Counted from the stretch's first letter, positions 1 to 9,681 are shown. The stretch: DNA of 64,000 nucleotides from Acidimicrobiales bacterium (GCA_029263175.1 JAJCXZ010000081.1:2851-66850); one strand, 5' to 3'. The notes: generated from the sequence alone by a model not told the origin. Numbers and translations: made by a program.

Positions 1-14
1 GAAGCTGGTGAAGC

Positions 15-1004
15 ATGGCTGAGCACGCCGCAATTGTCGGCGCGGGCGTCATCGGCGCGGCGTGGGCCGCCCGTTTCGTCATGCACGGCATCGACGTGAA
101 GATCAGTGATCCGTCGCCGCACGCCGAACGGATCATGGGCGAGGTGCTCGACAACGCGCGAGTCGCATGGGGTGAGCTCGGTCTTCCCGCGCCGGTCGAG
201 GGCTCGATCACTTTCTGCGACTCGATCGAGAACACCGTTGCGGATGCGATACACGTGCAAGAAAGTGCACCTGAAGACCCCGGCATCAAGATTCCCATCC
301 TCGAAGCGATCGCCGCGGCCTGTCCGTCCGACACCGTCATTGCGTCGTCGACATCGGGCATCAAGCCGTCGGTGCTCCAGCCGAGCATCGTCAATCCTGA
401 GCGCCTGTTGGTCGGACACCCGTTCAACCCGGTCTACCTTCTGCCGCTCGTCGAGGTGTGCGGCGGTGCGCTGACCTCCCAGGCCGCGGTCGACATGGCG
501 ATGGCCACCTATGCATCCATCTCGATGAAGCCGCTCCACGTGCGCGTGGAGATCGACGCCTTCATCGCCGATCGCCTCCTCGAGGCGGTGTGGCGTGAAG
601 CGCTGTGGCTGGTGAACGACGGTGTGGCCACCACCGAAGAAATCGACGACTCGATCCGCTACGGCTTCGGCCTGCGGTGGGCTCAGATGGGCCTCTTCGA
701 GACCTACCGGATCGCCGGCGGCGAAGGCGGCATCGGCCACTTCATCGCCCAATTCGGGCCAACGCTCTCGTGGCCGTACTCGAAGCTGATGGACACCCCT
801 GAGCTCACCGACCAGCTCGTCGACGCCATCGCCTCGCAGTCCGACGATCAGTCCGGTGCCCACTCGATCCGCGAACTCGAGCGCATCCGTGACCGCAACC
901 TGGTCGGTTTCCTGCAGGTGCTCGAACGCAACGAGTGGGGGGCCGGCGTCACCCTCGCCGAGCAACGAGGACGACTGGAGGTCAGTTCTCCTCGATGGCC
1001 TTGA
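15..1004 (+). CDS. L-carnitine dehydrogenase-like 3-hydroxyacyl-CoA dehydrogenase family protein
   Basis: 329-aa ORF; N-terminal Rossmann motif IVGAGVIGAAWA; HPFNPVYLLPLVE and FIADRLLEAVWREAL blocks typical of the 3HCDH/carnitine dehydrogenase family. Confidence 0.75.
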   Translation: MAEHAAIVGAGVIGAAWAARFVMHGIDVKISDPSPHAERIMGEVLDNARVAWGELGLPAPVEGSITFCDSIENTVADAIHVQESAPEDPGIKIPILEAIAAACPSDTVIASSTSGIKPSVLQPSIVNPERLLVGHPFNPVYLLPLVEVCGGALTSQAAVDMAMATYASISMKPLHVRVEIDAFIADRLLEAVWREALWLVNDGVATTEEIDDSIRYGFGLRWAQMGLFETYRIAGGEGGIGHFIAQFGPTLSWPYSKLMDTPELTDQLVDAIASQSDDQSGAHSIRELERIRDRNLVGFLQVLERNEWGAGVTLAEQRGRLEVSSPRWP

Positions 1005-1839
1005 CGTTCTTGAGCCAGAGGCCGCCGCCTCGGTGGGGGCGAGGGTCATAGGACCGATGGCCCAGGAGGCGTTGCACTCGAGGTGACTGCTCGGCCAGTT
1101 CCACAGTCGTGTAGTCATTGGCGTTGGCCTCTTCAGGGGTAAGCCAGCCGGCGACAAACGACAGGTGCATGGCGCGACGCCAGCGATCGTCGGTCCGGTT
1201 GGCGCCACCTCCATGAAGCACCTGGCCCGAATACACGAGAGCGTCGCCGGGTCCGAGTTCGGCGGGCACGCTGTCGGCGTCGGCGAACCGGCTCAGCTCT
1301 CCCCATCGGTGGCTACCGGGGACGACGCGGGTGGCACCCAGCTCCTCGGTCACATCCTCCAGCCCGATCATGGCGCTGAGGGTGATCTCGGGGGAATCGG
1401 GCCACGTCCGTGACACGAACTCCCACCAGTTGTTGCCGTCTCGGTGCAAGACCTGCGCCGGCTCACCAGGCCCGATGTACATCACCTGGGCGGTGTTGAC
1501 CCAGTAGGAACCACAGGTCGGCAGCAGAACGGCATCCGCGATCGATTCGTAGAGCTCGTTGTCGAGCATTTGAAAGTACGCGGGCGTCAGCTTGCCGAGC
1601 GAGGAAAAGCGAATCGTGTTCGCGCCGACGAAGGCAGCGCCATCCTCTCCGAGACCCTGCGTCGCGGAGCCGGGCGCGAAGTCTCGGGAGTGTTGGTCAG
1701 CGGCGGTCCGGATCGCTTCGATCTGCGAGCGCGGAAACATGTTCTCGATGATCACGCCGCCGTCGCGCTCAAGGATCGGCAGGATCTGCTCGAGCGACGA
1801 GGAGGCAGGGAGTCGTTCGAGGGGACCGAGAGTCGTCAT
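982..1839 (-). CDS. phytanoyl-CoA dioxygenase (PhyH) family Fe(II)/2OG oxygenase
   Basis: 285-aa ORF; HRDG...VPGSHRW...LHGGGAN layout of the PhyH family; 3' end overlaps the convergent upstream gene by 23 nt. Confidence 0.8.
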   Translation of the reverse strand: MTTLGPLERLPASSSLEQILPILERDGGVIIENMFPRSQIEAIRTAADQHSRDFAPGSATQGLGEDGAAFVGANTIRFSSLGKLTPAYFQMLDNELYESIADAVLLPTCGSYWVNTAQVMYIGPGEPAQVLHRDGNNWWEFVSRTWPDSPEITLSAMIGLEDVTEELGATRVVPGSHRWGELSRFADADSVPAELGPGDALVYSGQVLHGGGANRTDDRWRRAMHLSFVAGWLTPEEANANDYTTVELAEQSPRVQRLLGHRSYDPRPHRGGGLWLKNVKAIEEN

Positions 1840-1957
1840 CGCGGGATTGTAGCGACAACGATCGATCCTGTGACGAGCGCCACACCCGCGGCGAGCGGTA
1901 GTCGATGAAACACGGAGAGTGCGGTAACGAAAGAAACGTTCTAGAGTCTTACCCGTT

Positions 1958-2013
1958 GTCCGAATTGGGGGATTCGGACGACGACGGCGTTGCCTACGGG
2001 TGGCGCCGTCGTC
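1958..2013 (-). terminator. two tandem GC-rich hairpins downstream of the methyltransferase gene
   Basis: GTCCGAAT-tggggg-ATTCGGAC (1958..1979) and GACGACGGCG-14 nt-CGCCGTCGTC (1980..2013); no clear U-tract. Confidence 0.3.
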
Positions 2014-2037
2014 GCGTCGGCCGGTGGAAACTCGTGA

Positions 2038-2652
2038 TCACACCGCGTCGGCCCGGCCGGCCACTCGTACCGAGAGCGCCTGGTACTTGCCGGTTTCGCC
2101 CAGATCCCACTCCTCGGCGTCTTCCACGGATCCGACGCTTTCCAGGATCGAACGATTGAGGTCGAGTGGACGGCTGAAGAATCGACGACGGTGACCGGCG
2201 ATCGATTCGTCGACACGCTCGCTTGTCTCGCCACCCCAGAGTCCCACCTGGAGCGGCGCCCCCGGCGTGAGTGCTGCCGCCATGGCGTGCACCGCGGTCG
2301 CCATGTCGTCAGCGGGGAGATGCATCAGGGTGCTCATCGACCATCCCGCATCGAACGCTGCCGGCCGGAACGGTGGCGCGAGCACCGAGCCGTGGATCAC
2401 CGTCAGGCCGGCTCGTCGAGCGGCCACACCGTTGGCGAGGGCGAGATCCAGCCCGGTGACCTGGAATCCGGCCTCATCGAAACCGGCGCAGTCCCGACCC
2501 GGTCCGGCTCCGAAATCGACGACCCGGCTTCGTCCTTCGTTCTCCAACCGAGCAATGAAGCGGTTGCGGAGATCGAGTCGCGGACCGGTGACGGAAGTGC
2601 TTCGCAAGCCTTGGCGGGCTTCTTCCTCGTAGTAGGCGCGGAGGGAGTTCAC
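2038..2652 (-). CDS. class I SAM-dependent methyltransferase
   Basis: 204-aa ORF; motif I VVDFGAGPGRD followed by an acidic loop (GLDLA); typical small methyltransferase fold layout. Confidence 0.75.
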   Translation of the reverse strand: MNSLRAYYEEEARQGLRSTSVTGPRLDLRNRFIARLENEGRSRVVDFGAGPGRDCAGFDEAGFQVTGLDLALANGVAARRAGLTVIHGSVLAPPFRPAAFDAGWSMSTLMHLPADDMATAVHAMAAALTPGAPLQVGLWGGETSERVDESIAGHRRRFFSRPLDLNRSILESVGSVEDAEEWDLGETGKYQALSVRVAGRADAV

Positions 2653-3047
2653 CTGCCGTACTTCTCGTCGTGATGAGCGTCCGCGTCGATGCCCCGCTCG
2701 CCGGGCGGCAGCGGCGCTTGCAGGCTGACGTTTCGGCCGTCTGGATCAGCGATGATCGCCTCGGTGACAGCCCAGTGCTGCGCGGTGAACGGTCGCACGG
2801 ATTCCGGGACGGGCTCAGGGGCGAACGCGATCGAGTCGGCCACGCCGAGGATCGGGTGGGTCTGGAGTTCACGATCCTCGTTCTGCTGGTTGATGAAGAC
2901 GTAAGGGCCGCCGGCCGAGTGAACCCACTGACCCGAGTGATGATCCGTTTCGAACACGGCGGTGAAACCCATCGATGCCCAGAACTCCGCAGTGGCCGCA
3001 TAGTCGCGGGTTTCGACGTAGAAGCCCTGGAATCCTTCTGTCGCCAT
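2649..3047 (-). CDS. VOC/glyoxalase family protein
   Basis: Start moved to ATG 3047 (MATEGFQGFYVE...), preceded by GGGAGG SD; FYVETRDYAATAEFW and paired beta-alpha-beta-beta-beta style sequence. Confidence 0.65.
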   Translation of the reverse strand: MATEGFQGFYVETRDYAATAEFWASMGFTAVFETDHHSGQWVHSAGGPYVFINQQNEDRELQTHPILGVADSIAFAPEPVPESVRPFTAQHWAVTEAIIADPDGRNVSLQAPLPPGERGIDADAHHDEKYGR

Positions 3048-3118
3048 TGGAGACCTCCCTGTCCGTTCCTGATGATCGCACATTGGATGGCCCACCGGAT
3101 CCTGTGCCAGGCTCGGTC

Positions 3119-4036
3119 ATGACTCACGACGTCCGTTTCCAAGCAATGATCCTGCCGAACCTGGGATGGGACGAGCTTCTGGGCCGATTCCGTGACGTTG
3201 AGGAGCTCGGCTTCGAGTTGGCGTCGACGGGTGATCACTTCTGTGACTGGTCGAACCCACCGAGTCCGTGGCTCGAACTCTGGGGCGTGCTGGCCGGGGT
3301 GGCGCAGGCTACCGAACGCATCCGCATCGCTCCATGTGTCGCGCAGATTCCGCTGCGGAACCCGGCCATGTTCGCTCGCCAGGCGCTCACGGTCGACCAC
3401 ATCTCCGGCGGGCGGCTCGAGATCGGGCTTGGCCTCGGGCTGACGATCGACCCCAGCTACGACATGATCGGTATGGAGAACTGGAGCAACAAGACGCGGG
3501 TGTCTCGGTTCACGGAGTACGTCGAGATCGTCGACCAGATGCTGTCGAACGAAGTCACCACCTATGCAGGTGAGCACTATCAGGTGAATGCGGCGACGAT
3601 GAATCCCCGGTCTCCGCAGAGTCCCCGTCCGCCGATCACGGTTGCGGCGCTCGGTCCGGTGATGGTGAAGAAGGCTGTGGCTCACGCCGACACGTGGAAC
3701 ACCATGAGTTTCGCCGGCACCTTCGAGGAACAGCTCGCCGAAACCAGTGTCCGGATCGATGCGGCGCTCGAGCACTGCGAGAAGATCGGTCGCGACCCCA
3801 CAACGCTGCGGATCTCCTACAACATGTTCGACCCCGGTTCCCGGGCGAGCGGCGGCCAGATCAGCTACTACGAGTCCACCGGGGCGTTTGTCGAACAGGC
3901 TGAGTCGCTTCTGGCATTGGGTGTCACCGAACTGTGTCTCTACTATCCGATGCTCGAGGAACAGCTTCCGGTCTTCGAGGCCATCGCCAACAATGTGTTT
4001 CCTCAGCTTCGAAACCATCGCCGCCCCGCGTTCTGA
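3119..4036 (+). CDS. LLM-class (luciferase-like) flavin/F420-dependent oxidoreductase
   Basis: Start at ATG 3119 (MTHDVRFQAMILPN...); LGFELASTGDHF, GGRLEIGLGLG and TELCLYYP blocks typical of LLM family. Confidence 0.8.
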   Translation: MTHDVRFQAMILPNLGWDELLGRFRDVEELGFELASTGDHFCDWSNPPSPWLELWGVLAGVAQATERIRIAPCVAQIPLRNPAMFARQALTVDHISGGRLEIGLGLGLTIDPSYDMIGMENWSNKTRVSRFTEYVEIVDQMLSNEVTTYAGEHYQVNAATMNPRSPQSPRPPITVAALGPVMVKKAVAHADTWNTMSFAGTFEEQLAETSVRIDAALEHCEKIGRDPTTLRISYNMFDPGSRASGGQISYYESTGAFVEQAESLLALGVTELCLYYPMLEEQLPVFEAIANNVFPQLRNHRRPAF

Positions 4037-4071
4037 TAGTGCCGACCGCCTCGGTCGCGCGAGTATCACCC

Positions 4072-5268
4072 ATGGATCAACCGCAAATCGGAGCCCTCGA
4101 CGGCATCCGGGTCCTCGACATGACCACGGTTGTCATGGGTCCCCTGGCGACTCGGAGCCTCGGTGACCTCGGTGCCGACGTCATCACCATCGAGACCAAA
4201 CACGGTGACCTGAACCGGCGGATGGGGCCCGGCCCGGACCGGGACTTCTCCGGCACGTCACTCAATCTGATGCGCAACAAACGCAGTATCGCGCTCGATC
4301 TGAAGGACGAACGCGGCCGGTCGGCGTGCCTTGCGATAGCGACCACCTGCGATGTGGTCGTGACCAACCTTCGGCCTGGTCCGCTGGGTCGGCTTGGCCT
4401 CGACTATGACGCCATCCGTGAGGTTCGGCCCGACATCGTCTTCTGCGCGGCGCACGGCTATCCATCCGATGGGCCAAAGGCAGACGCTCCGGCGTACGAC
4501 GACATCATTCAATCGGCGAGCGGGGTGAGCGATCTCTATCAGCGGGTCGGCGGTGAACCGAACCTGCTGCCGACGCTGGTGGCAGACAAGGTGTCAGGGA
4601 TGGCGATTGCCAACGCGGTCCTGGCCGCGCTCTACTACCGCTCGAGAACCGGGCACGGGCAGCGCATCGAGGTTCCGATGATCGATGTGATGACATCGTT
4701 CATCCTGACCGAGCATGGAGGTGGTGCCATCCCGGAACCACCGACAGGAGAGCCCGGACACACCCGCATCCTGACTCCAACCCGTCGGCCCCAGCCGACC
4801 GCGGACGGGTGGATCAGTCTCCTGCCGTACAACAAAGACCACTACGACGCCGTCTTCGCGGCGGGAGGTCGGGCGGACCTCGTCGGAGATGCGAGATACC
4901 GCACGACCCGTGAGCGGATGGCCAACAGCGGAGCGCTGTACGGCGACGTCGCCGCGATCCTGCCGCAACGCACGACCGAGGAGTGGCTGGATTTCTGCAC
5001 GGAGCACGGAATCCCGGCCACGCGAGCAACAACTCTCGACGAGCTCATCGAGGGTTTGCCGCTGGAGGAACACCCGACGGCCGGTTCCTATCGACTGATC
5101 CCTCCGGCGGAAAGGTTCTCCGAGACTCCTGCCCGACTCCACCGCCACGCGCCGCGAGTCGGAGAGCACAGTCGCGAGGTGCTCCGCGAGATCGGGTTCG
5201 ATGCCACCGAACTCGATGCTCTCGAAGACGCGGGTGTTCTCGGGAGGCCGACTGCCGACAAGGGCTGA
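4072..5268 (+). CDS. CaiB/BaiF family (type III) CoA-transferase
   Basis: Start at ATG 4072 (MDQPQIGALDGIRVLDMTTVVMGP...); LGADVIxIE and VVTNLRPG motifs of family III CoA-transferases. Confidence 0.85.
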   Translation: MDQPQIGALDGIRVLDMTTVVMGPLATRSLGDLGADVITIETKHGDLNRRMGPGPDRDFSGTSLNLMRNKRSIALDLKDERGRSACLAIATTCDVVVTNLRPGPLGRLGLDYDAIREVRPDIVFCAAHGYPSDGPKADAPAYDDIIQSASGVSDLYQRVGGEPNLLPTLVADKVSGMAIANAVLAALYYRSRTGHGQRIEVPMIDVMTSFILTEHGGGAIPEPPTGEPGHTRILTPTRRPQPTADGWISLLPYNKDHYDAVFAAGGRADLVGDARYRTTRERMANSGALYGDVAAILPQRTTEEWLDFCTEHGIPATRATTLDELIEGLPLEEHPTAGSYRLIPPAERFSETPARLHRHAPRVGEHSREVLREIGFDATELDALEDAGVLGRPTADKG

Positions 5269-5506
5269 TCCACACGCTCGGTCGCACGTCGTCATCCTTG
5301 GTTCGGTTGGCGAAGACGCGGTGAGTACAGTCGCGCTCAATGACCGAGTTCTTCACAACTGTCTCTGCACCGATCCGGCTATGGAAACCAGATACTGACA
5401 GGGCGCCTGTGTTTCGCTTGTACAACTCTGGGCGGATGGTCGGCGACGGCACGTTCGACCGACGCCGGGTCGAACCAGCTCCAAACCCCATCGAACGCGT
5501 GGGCTG

Positions 5507-6889
5507 ATGCCACTCGTAGCGGGCGTTGACTCATCGACGCAATCAACCAAGGTCGAGCTTCGCGACGTCGAGTCGGGATCTGTCATCGCCACGGGAAGAG
5601 CATCACACCCGCCGACGTCACCTCCGCGCAGCGAACAGAATCCCCGGTCGTGGTGGCAGGCTCTTGTCGATTCGTTCGAGCAGACCGGCGATGCCCGACG
5701 CGATGTGGTGGCGGTCTCGGTGGCCGGCCAGCAGCACGGGCTCGTGCTTCTCGATGCGGTGGGCGAACCGCTGCGAGATGCGAAGCTGTGGAACGACACA
5801 GAATCGGCGTCGGTGGCGTCGGGCCTGGTTGATGCCCTCGGTGCCGACGCCTGGGCTGCCGCGTGCGGTTCGGTTCCCGTGGCTTCGTTCACCATCACCA
5901 AGCTGGCCTGGATCGTCGAGATGGAGCCGTCGATTGCGAGACAGATTTCCTGGATCGGGCTTCCCCACGACTACCTCACGTATCGGCTCACCGGCAGTCA
6001 TGTCACCGATCGCGGTGACGCGTCCGGGACGGGCTGGTTCGACCCGGCGACGGCAGAATATCGCGGCGATCTTCTTGCTCTCGTTGGCGGACGTGATGAC
6101 TGGATCGACCTGCTCCCGACAGTGCTCGGGCCGAGCGAACCAGCCGGCACCATCACCGACGCGGCGGCCGCCGCCTTGGGTCTCCGCGCTGACGTCACTG
6201 TCGCCGCCGGGACGGGTGACAACATGGCTGCTGCTCTCGGGCTGGGGCTCGAGCCGGGAGATGTGGTGATGTCGCTCGGCACGTCGGGCACGGTGTACGC
6301 GTCGTCGAGGTCACCAACGGCTGATCCCTCTGGCGCCGTTGCCGGGTTCTGCGATGCCACGGGCCGCTACCTCCCCCTGGTCTGCACTCTCAACGCCACG
6401 AAGGTCACGGACTCGGTCAGTCGATGGACCGGCATGGACCAGGCGAGTTTTGCTTCGGCGGCTCTCGCGGCTCCGCCGGGGGCGAACGGCGTGCGGCTCC
6501 ACCCGTACTTCGACGGAGAGCGGACCCCGAATCTCCCGGACGCCACGGGCACATTCGAGGGCCTGCGCAACAGCACCGCGGTCTCAGATTTGGCCCGAGC
6601 AGCACACGAGGGTGTCGTTGGCGGCTTGCTTCACGGACTGGATGCGCTGCGCTCCGCCGGTGCGTCGGTCGATGGTCGATTGAGTCTCATCGGGGGCGGC
6701 GCAAAGTCACCGGCCTACCGACAAATCGCGGCTGACCTTCACGGCCGGCCGATCAGGGTTCCGCACCTCGATGAAACAGTTGCCACCGGTGCGTGTGTGC
6801 AGGCCGCGATCGTCGATACCGATGACTCGCCGGAATCCGTCGCGTCGGTTTGGGGCCTCGGCGCGGGGGTCGATATCGACCCGACATAG
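5507..6889 (+). CDS. xylB: xylulokinase (FGGY carbohydrate kinase)
   Basis: 460-aa ORF; N-terminus MPLVAGVDSSTQSTKVE, GTGDNMAAALG and GGGAKSPAYRQIAAD motifs. Confidence 0.85.
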   Translation: MPLVAGVDSSTQSTKVELRDVESGSVIATGRASHPPTSPPRSEQNPRSWWQALVDSFEQTGDARRDVVAVSVAGQQHGLVLLDAVGEPLRDAKLWNDTESASVASGLVDALGADAWAAACGSVPVASFTITKLAWIVEMEPSIARQISWIGLPHDYLTYRLTGSHVTDRGDASGTGWFDPATAEYRGDLLALVGGRDDWIDLLPTVLGPSEPAGTITDAAAAALGLRADVTVAAGTGDNMAAALGLGLEPGDVVMSLGTSGTVYASSRSPTADPSGAVAGFCDATGRYLPLVCTLNATKVTDSVSRWTGMDQASFASAALAAPPGANGVRLHPYFDGERTPNLPDATGTFEGLRNSTAVSDLARAAHEGVVGGLLHGLDALRSAGASVDGRLSLIGGGAKSPAYRQIAADLHGRPIRVPHLDETVATGACVQAAIVDTDDSPESVASVWGLGAGVDIDPT

Positions 6890-6928
6890 GTCGGCTCGGC
6901 TCACTCGGCGAACTGAAACGAGTATCCC

Positions 6929-6945
6929 TACGGGTTGTGCCCGTA
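6929..6945 (+). terminator. small hairpin after xylB
   Basis: TACGGG-ttgtg-CCCGTA followed by TT; weak. Confidence 0.25.
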
Positions 6946-6964
6946 TTCACTACTCTGCGTCGCC

Positions 6965-7495
6965 ATGGAAGTTGGGGGACCTCGCTGGGCATCGGTCGGG
7001 GGCGTACATCGTGCGCCTCTGCGAAACGTGGACGGAGCCTTGTACTTGTGCGGGCTGGACGCGGTTGGGCCGAGTCCCGCCGATCTGCTCGAGCACGTCG
7101 ACGCGCACACCGTTGTGTGTTTGCAATCAGATCTTGAGATCGAACGTCGCTACCCGGGTTACCTCCGCTGGCTGGCGGCCCCGGAGCCGCATGAGTCGCT
7201 GCGGCTCCCAACTGGCGATCGGGTGGCCGCCGAGGACGAACCGGTGATCTCTCTGGTCGCCGGAGTCCTCGATCGGGTGAGGGGCGGCGAAGGCGTGGTG
7301 ATCCACTGTGGGGCCGGCTGGGGGCGCACCGGCGTCATCGCGGCTCTGGTCATGGTTGCCGCAGGCGCGTCGATCGACGAGGCCCTTCAGGAGCTCCGAC
7401 TGGCGCGTCCCGGTGCAGGCCCGCAGTCGGTGGAGCAAGAACTCCAGATCTCACGAGTGGCGCCAGCGGTCAGCGACCGTTTCGCCCTCGACTAA
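6965..7495 (+). CDS. dual-specificity/tyrosine protein phosphatase family protein
   Basis: Active-site P-loop HCGAGWGRTG (HCx5R[ST]); start uncertain (TTG 6935 lies in the hairpin, ATG 6965 chosen). Confidence 0.65.
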   Translation: MEVGGPRWASVGGVHRAPLRNVDGALYLCGLDAVGPSPADLLEHVDAHTVVCLQSDLEIERRYPGYLRWLAAPEPHESLRLPTGDRVAAEDEPVISLVAGVLDRVRGGEGVVIHCGAGWGRTGVIAALVMVAAGASIDEALQELRLARPGAGPQSVEQELQISRVAPAVSDRFALD

Positions 7496-7526
7496 GTCAC
7501 ACGGGGGACAGACCCCAGGGTGACTT
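7495..7526. repeat. REP-like palindromic element, GTCAC-arm variant
   Basis: AAGTCACACGGGGG-ACAGA-CCCCAGGGTGACTT between convergent stop codons (TAA 7493..7495 and TAG 7534..7536). Confidence 0.75.
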
Positions 7527-7533
7527 GCTCGGG

Positions 7534-8931
7534 CTAGATCAGGGAGTCGATGAGGTCGCGGAGACCCTCGACGTGGCGAGCCTCGGTCCAGGTTGATCCG
7601 ATGGAGACACGGATGAACTGCTCGTCGTCGATCACCGAGGGTGTGACATACACGGAGCCGGTGGCGTTGATCGCCACAGCAAGGCTCGTGGTGGCGTCGT
7701 TGCCGTCGACATGGGTGAAGCACACCAGACCGAATTCGGTCGGGGCAAAGAGACTGAGTTTCGGATGGGCTTCGACCCACGCCGTGAGCTCGTTGGCCAT
7801 TGCCACATGCGAACGGATCAGCGACTGCAGGCCCTCGACGCCGAATGACCGAAGCACGAACCACAGCTTCAAAGCGCGGAAGCGACGACCGAGTGGCACG
7901 TGCCAGTCGCGATAGTCGATCACCGCGCCTGATTCGCTCGCAGAGTTGCGCAGGTAGGGCGGGAGAATGCTGAGCGTCTCGATCAGTGGTGTGCGATCCG
8001 CAACCCAGAAGATCGAACAGTCGAAATTGGTGGCCAGCCACTTGTGGGCGTTGAACGTGTAGCTGTCGACGAGCTCGAGTCCGTCCTGATGGTGCCGGAA
8101 CTCCTCGCACAACATCGCTGCGCCTGCGTAGGCGGCATCGATGTGGAACCACAGGTCGAACTCGTCGGCGATCTCGCCGAAAGCCCGGACTGGATCGACG
8201 GCGGTCGTGCCGGTGGTGCCGACGGCTGCGCAGACGAAAGCTGGCGTGAGCCCGGCCGCGAGGTCGGCCTCGATACCGGCCCGTAGCGCTTCTGGTCTCG
8301 CCGCGAAGTTTTCGTCGACATCAAGCAGACGGACGTGGCCGTAGCCGGCAACGTTGCCGCCCTTCTCCAACGACGAATGGGTCTGGCTCGACGTGTAGGC
8401 GACCATCTGCTCGGCGGGCGCCCCCGTGCGCTTGCGGCATTCTTCGCGGGCAACCACGAGAGCGGTGTGGGTTGAGTCGGAGGCGCTCATCTGGATGACG
8501 CCCCCGCCGGGGCCGGTCGTCTTCCAGTCCTGCGGTACGCCTGTGAGGTCGACAAGCCAGTCGAGGACGTGTGACTCGATTTCGGTGACGGCCGGCGACG
8601 TGGACCACAGCATTCCTTGGACGCCGATGCCGGCCGCCGCGAGCTCGCCGAGGATGGCGGGCGGCGACGACATGGCGGGGAAGTAGCCGAACCAGCCGGG
8701 GTGCTGCCAATGGGTCAGCCCGGGGACGACGATCTCGTCGAGGTCCCGCATCATGGCGCTGAACGGCTCGGCGGTCTGCGGTGCCGTGTTTGGGAGCTTG
8801 GCCCGCACGTCGCCGGGGGAGACCGGCTCCACAACGGGCCGCGTCTCAAGGCCGCCGAGGTAGTCGGCGATCCAGTCGATCAGTTGGTGCCCGTTCTCGC
8901 GAAAGGCATCAAGGTCAAGCGGGTCTGTCAC
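7534..8931 (-). CDS. pyridoxal-dependent (group II) aromatic-L-amino-acid decarboxylase family
   Basis: 465-aa ORF; HIDAAYAG and FNAHKW (PLP lysine) motifs; GTG start overlaps stop of the upstream SelW-like gene (GTGA). Confidence 0.85.
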   Translation of the reverse strand: MTDPLDLDAFRENGHQLIDWIADYLGGLETRPVVEPVSPGDVRAKLPNTAPQTAEPFSAMMRDLDEIVVPGLTHWQHPGWFGYFPAMSSPPAILGELAAAGIGVQGMLWSTSPAVTEIESHVLDWLVDLTGVPQDWKTTGPGGGVIQMSASDSTHTALVVAREECRKRTGAPAEQMVAYTSSQTHSSLEKGGNVAGYGHVRLLDVDENFAARPEALRAGIEADLAAGLTPAFVCAAVGTTGTTAVDPVRAFGEIADEFDLWFHIDAAYAGAAMLCEEFRHHQDGLELVDSYTFNAHKWLATNFDCSIFWVADRTPLIETLSILPPYLRNSASESGAVIDYRDWHVPLGRRFRALKLWFVLRSFGVEGLQSLIRSHVAMANELTAWVEAHPKLSLFAPTEFGLVCFTHVDGNDATTSLAVAINATGSVYVTPSVIDDEQFIRVSIGSTWTEARHVEGLRDLIDSLI

Positions 8932-9194
8932 TCGTCCCCGTAACGCGCGATCGGGCCGACCATGTCGGTGAACAGGGCGAGCACCTCGCCGTCGTCGGCA
9001 TGGCGCCCTGTCTCTTGTTTCGAGTAGATCAATTGGCCGTCAACCGTCACGTCGAACACGCCCTTGGAACCCATGACGAGCCGAAGCTCCTCGATGACGT
9101 GTTGGTAGTTCGAGAGCAAATCGGAGACCGCGCTCACGGCGCGGGACGAATAGTCTCAAGGAACGCAGTAGGTAATTTCCACGCGGTGAGTCAT
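8928..9194 (-). CDS. SelW-like / Rdx family selenoprotein (CVP-U redox motif, in-frame TGA at 9156..9158)
   Basis: Read-through product MTHRVEITYCVPUDYSSRAVSAVSDLL...GVFDVTVDGQLIYSKQETGRHADDGE; ORF track shows only the part after the TGA; SECIS-like hairpin 11 nt 3' of UGA. Confidence 0.7.
9128..9144 (-). promoter_or_regulatory. putative bacterial SECIS hairpin (SelW-like gene)
   Basis: mRNA CCGCGC-CGUGA-GCGCGG, 17 nt, begins at nt 12 after UGA; possible lower stem GAGA/UCUC. Confidence 0.6.
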
Positions 9195-9204
9195 ATCGGT
9201 GACT

Positions 9205-9681
9205 TTAGTGAGGCCACGCCGCGATCGCCGCAGTGGTGGCATCCAGCGCTCGAATCAGGTCGCCGGGTGCGAGGCCGACCTCGAGCCCGCGGCGCCCTCC
9301 GCTGCAATGGATCTGGTCGTGTGTCATCGCCCACTCGTCGAGAAAGGTCGGCGCTCGTCGCTTCTGGCCGAAGGGACTGATTCCGCCAACCACGTAGCCG
9401 GTGCGCCGCTCCGCCTCGGCCGGATCGGTCATCACCGCCTTCTTGGCCCCCGCTGCCGCTGCGATCGCCTTGAGGTCGAGCTTGCAGATCACGGGCACGA
9501 TCCCGATGGCATATGTGCCATCGTCGAGCGTCACCATGAGTGTCTTGAAGATCGAGTCGGCCTCGACACCGAGTGCCTCCGCCGCTTCCATGCCGAACGA
9601 ACCGTGCGCGGGATCGTGGTGGTACTCGACAACGGCGTGCTCGATGCCGAGAGCTCGAAGAAGGTCAACCGCAGGCGTCAC
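9205..9681 (-). CDS. ybaK: Cys-tRNA(Pro)/Cys-tRNA(Cys) deacylase YbaK
   Basis: 158-aa ORF; FKTLMV, GYVVGGISPFGQKRR and IHCSGGRRGLEV blocks typical of YbaK. Confidence 0.85.
   Translation of the reverse strand: MTPAVDLLRALGIEHAVVEYHHDPAHGSFGMEAAEALGVEADSIFKTLMVTLDDGTYAIGIVPVICKLDLKAIAAAAGAKKAVMTDPAEAERRTGYVVGGISPFGQKRRAPTFLDEWAMTHDQIHCSGGRRGLEVGLAPGDLIRALDATTAAIAAWPH

Noticed and set aside
2474-4069. 531-aa minus-strand ORF, the longest in the first 5 kb
   Set aside because: Arg/Ser/Pro-rich low-complexity translation with no motifs. It lies antisense to a well-supported LLM oxidoreductase and overlaps the VOC and methyltransferase genes. Typical high-GC antisense artefact.
5268-5506. Possible tRNA or small RNA in the 240-bp gap before xylB (GTTCGACC...GGTCGAAC hairpin with a T-arm-like GGTCGAA)
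   Set aside because: I could not build an acceptor stem, anticodon arm or D-arm around it on either strand. It is most likely just a hairpin in a promoter/leader region.
9156-9158. Alternative reading of the three in-frame TGAs (9156, 35018, 63218) as ordinary nonsense mutations or sequencing errors
   Set aside because: Not adopted for the SelW-like and UGSC genes, because the TGA falls exactly at the known Sec/Cys position of those families. All three share the 11-nt-spaced hairpin. It remains a live alternative for the methyltransferase, as stated in that finding.
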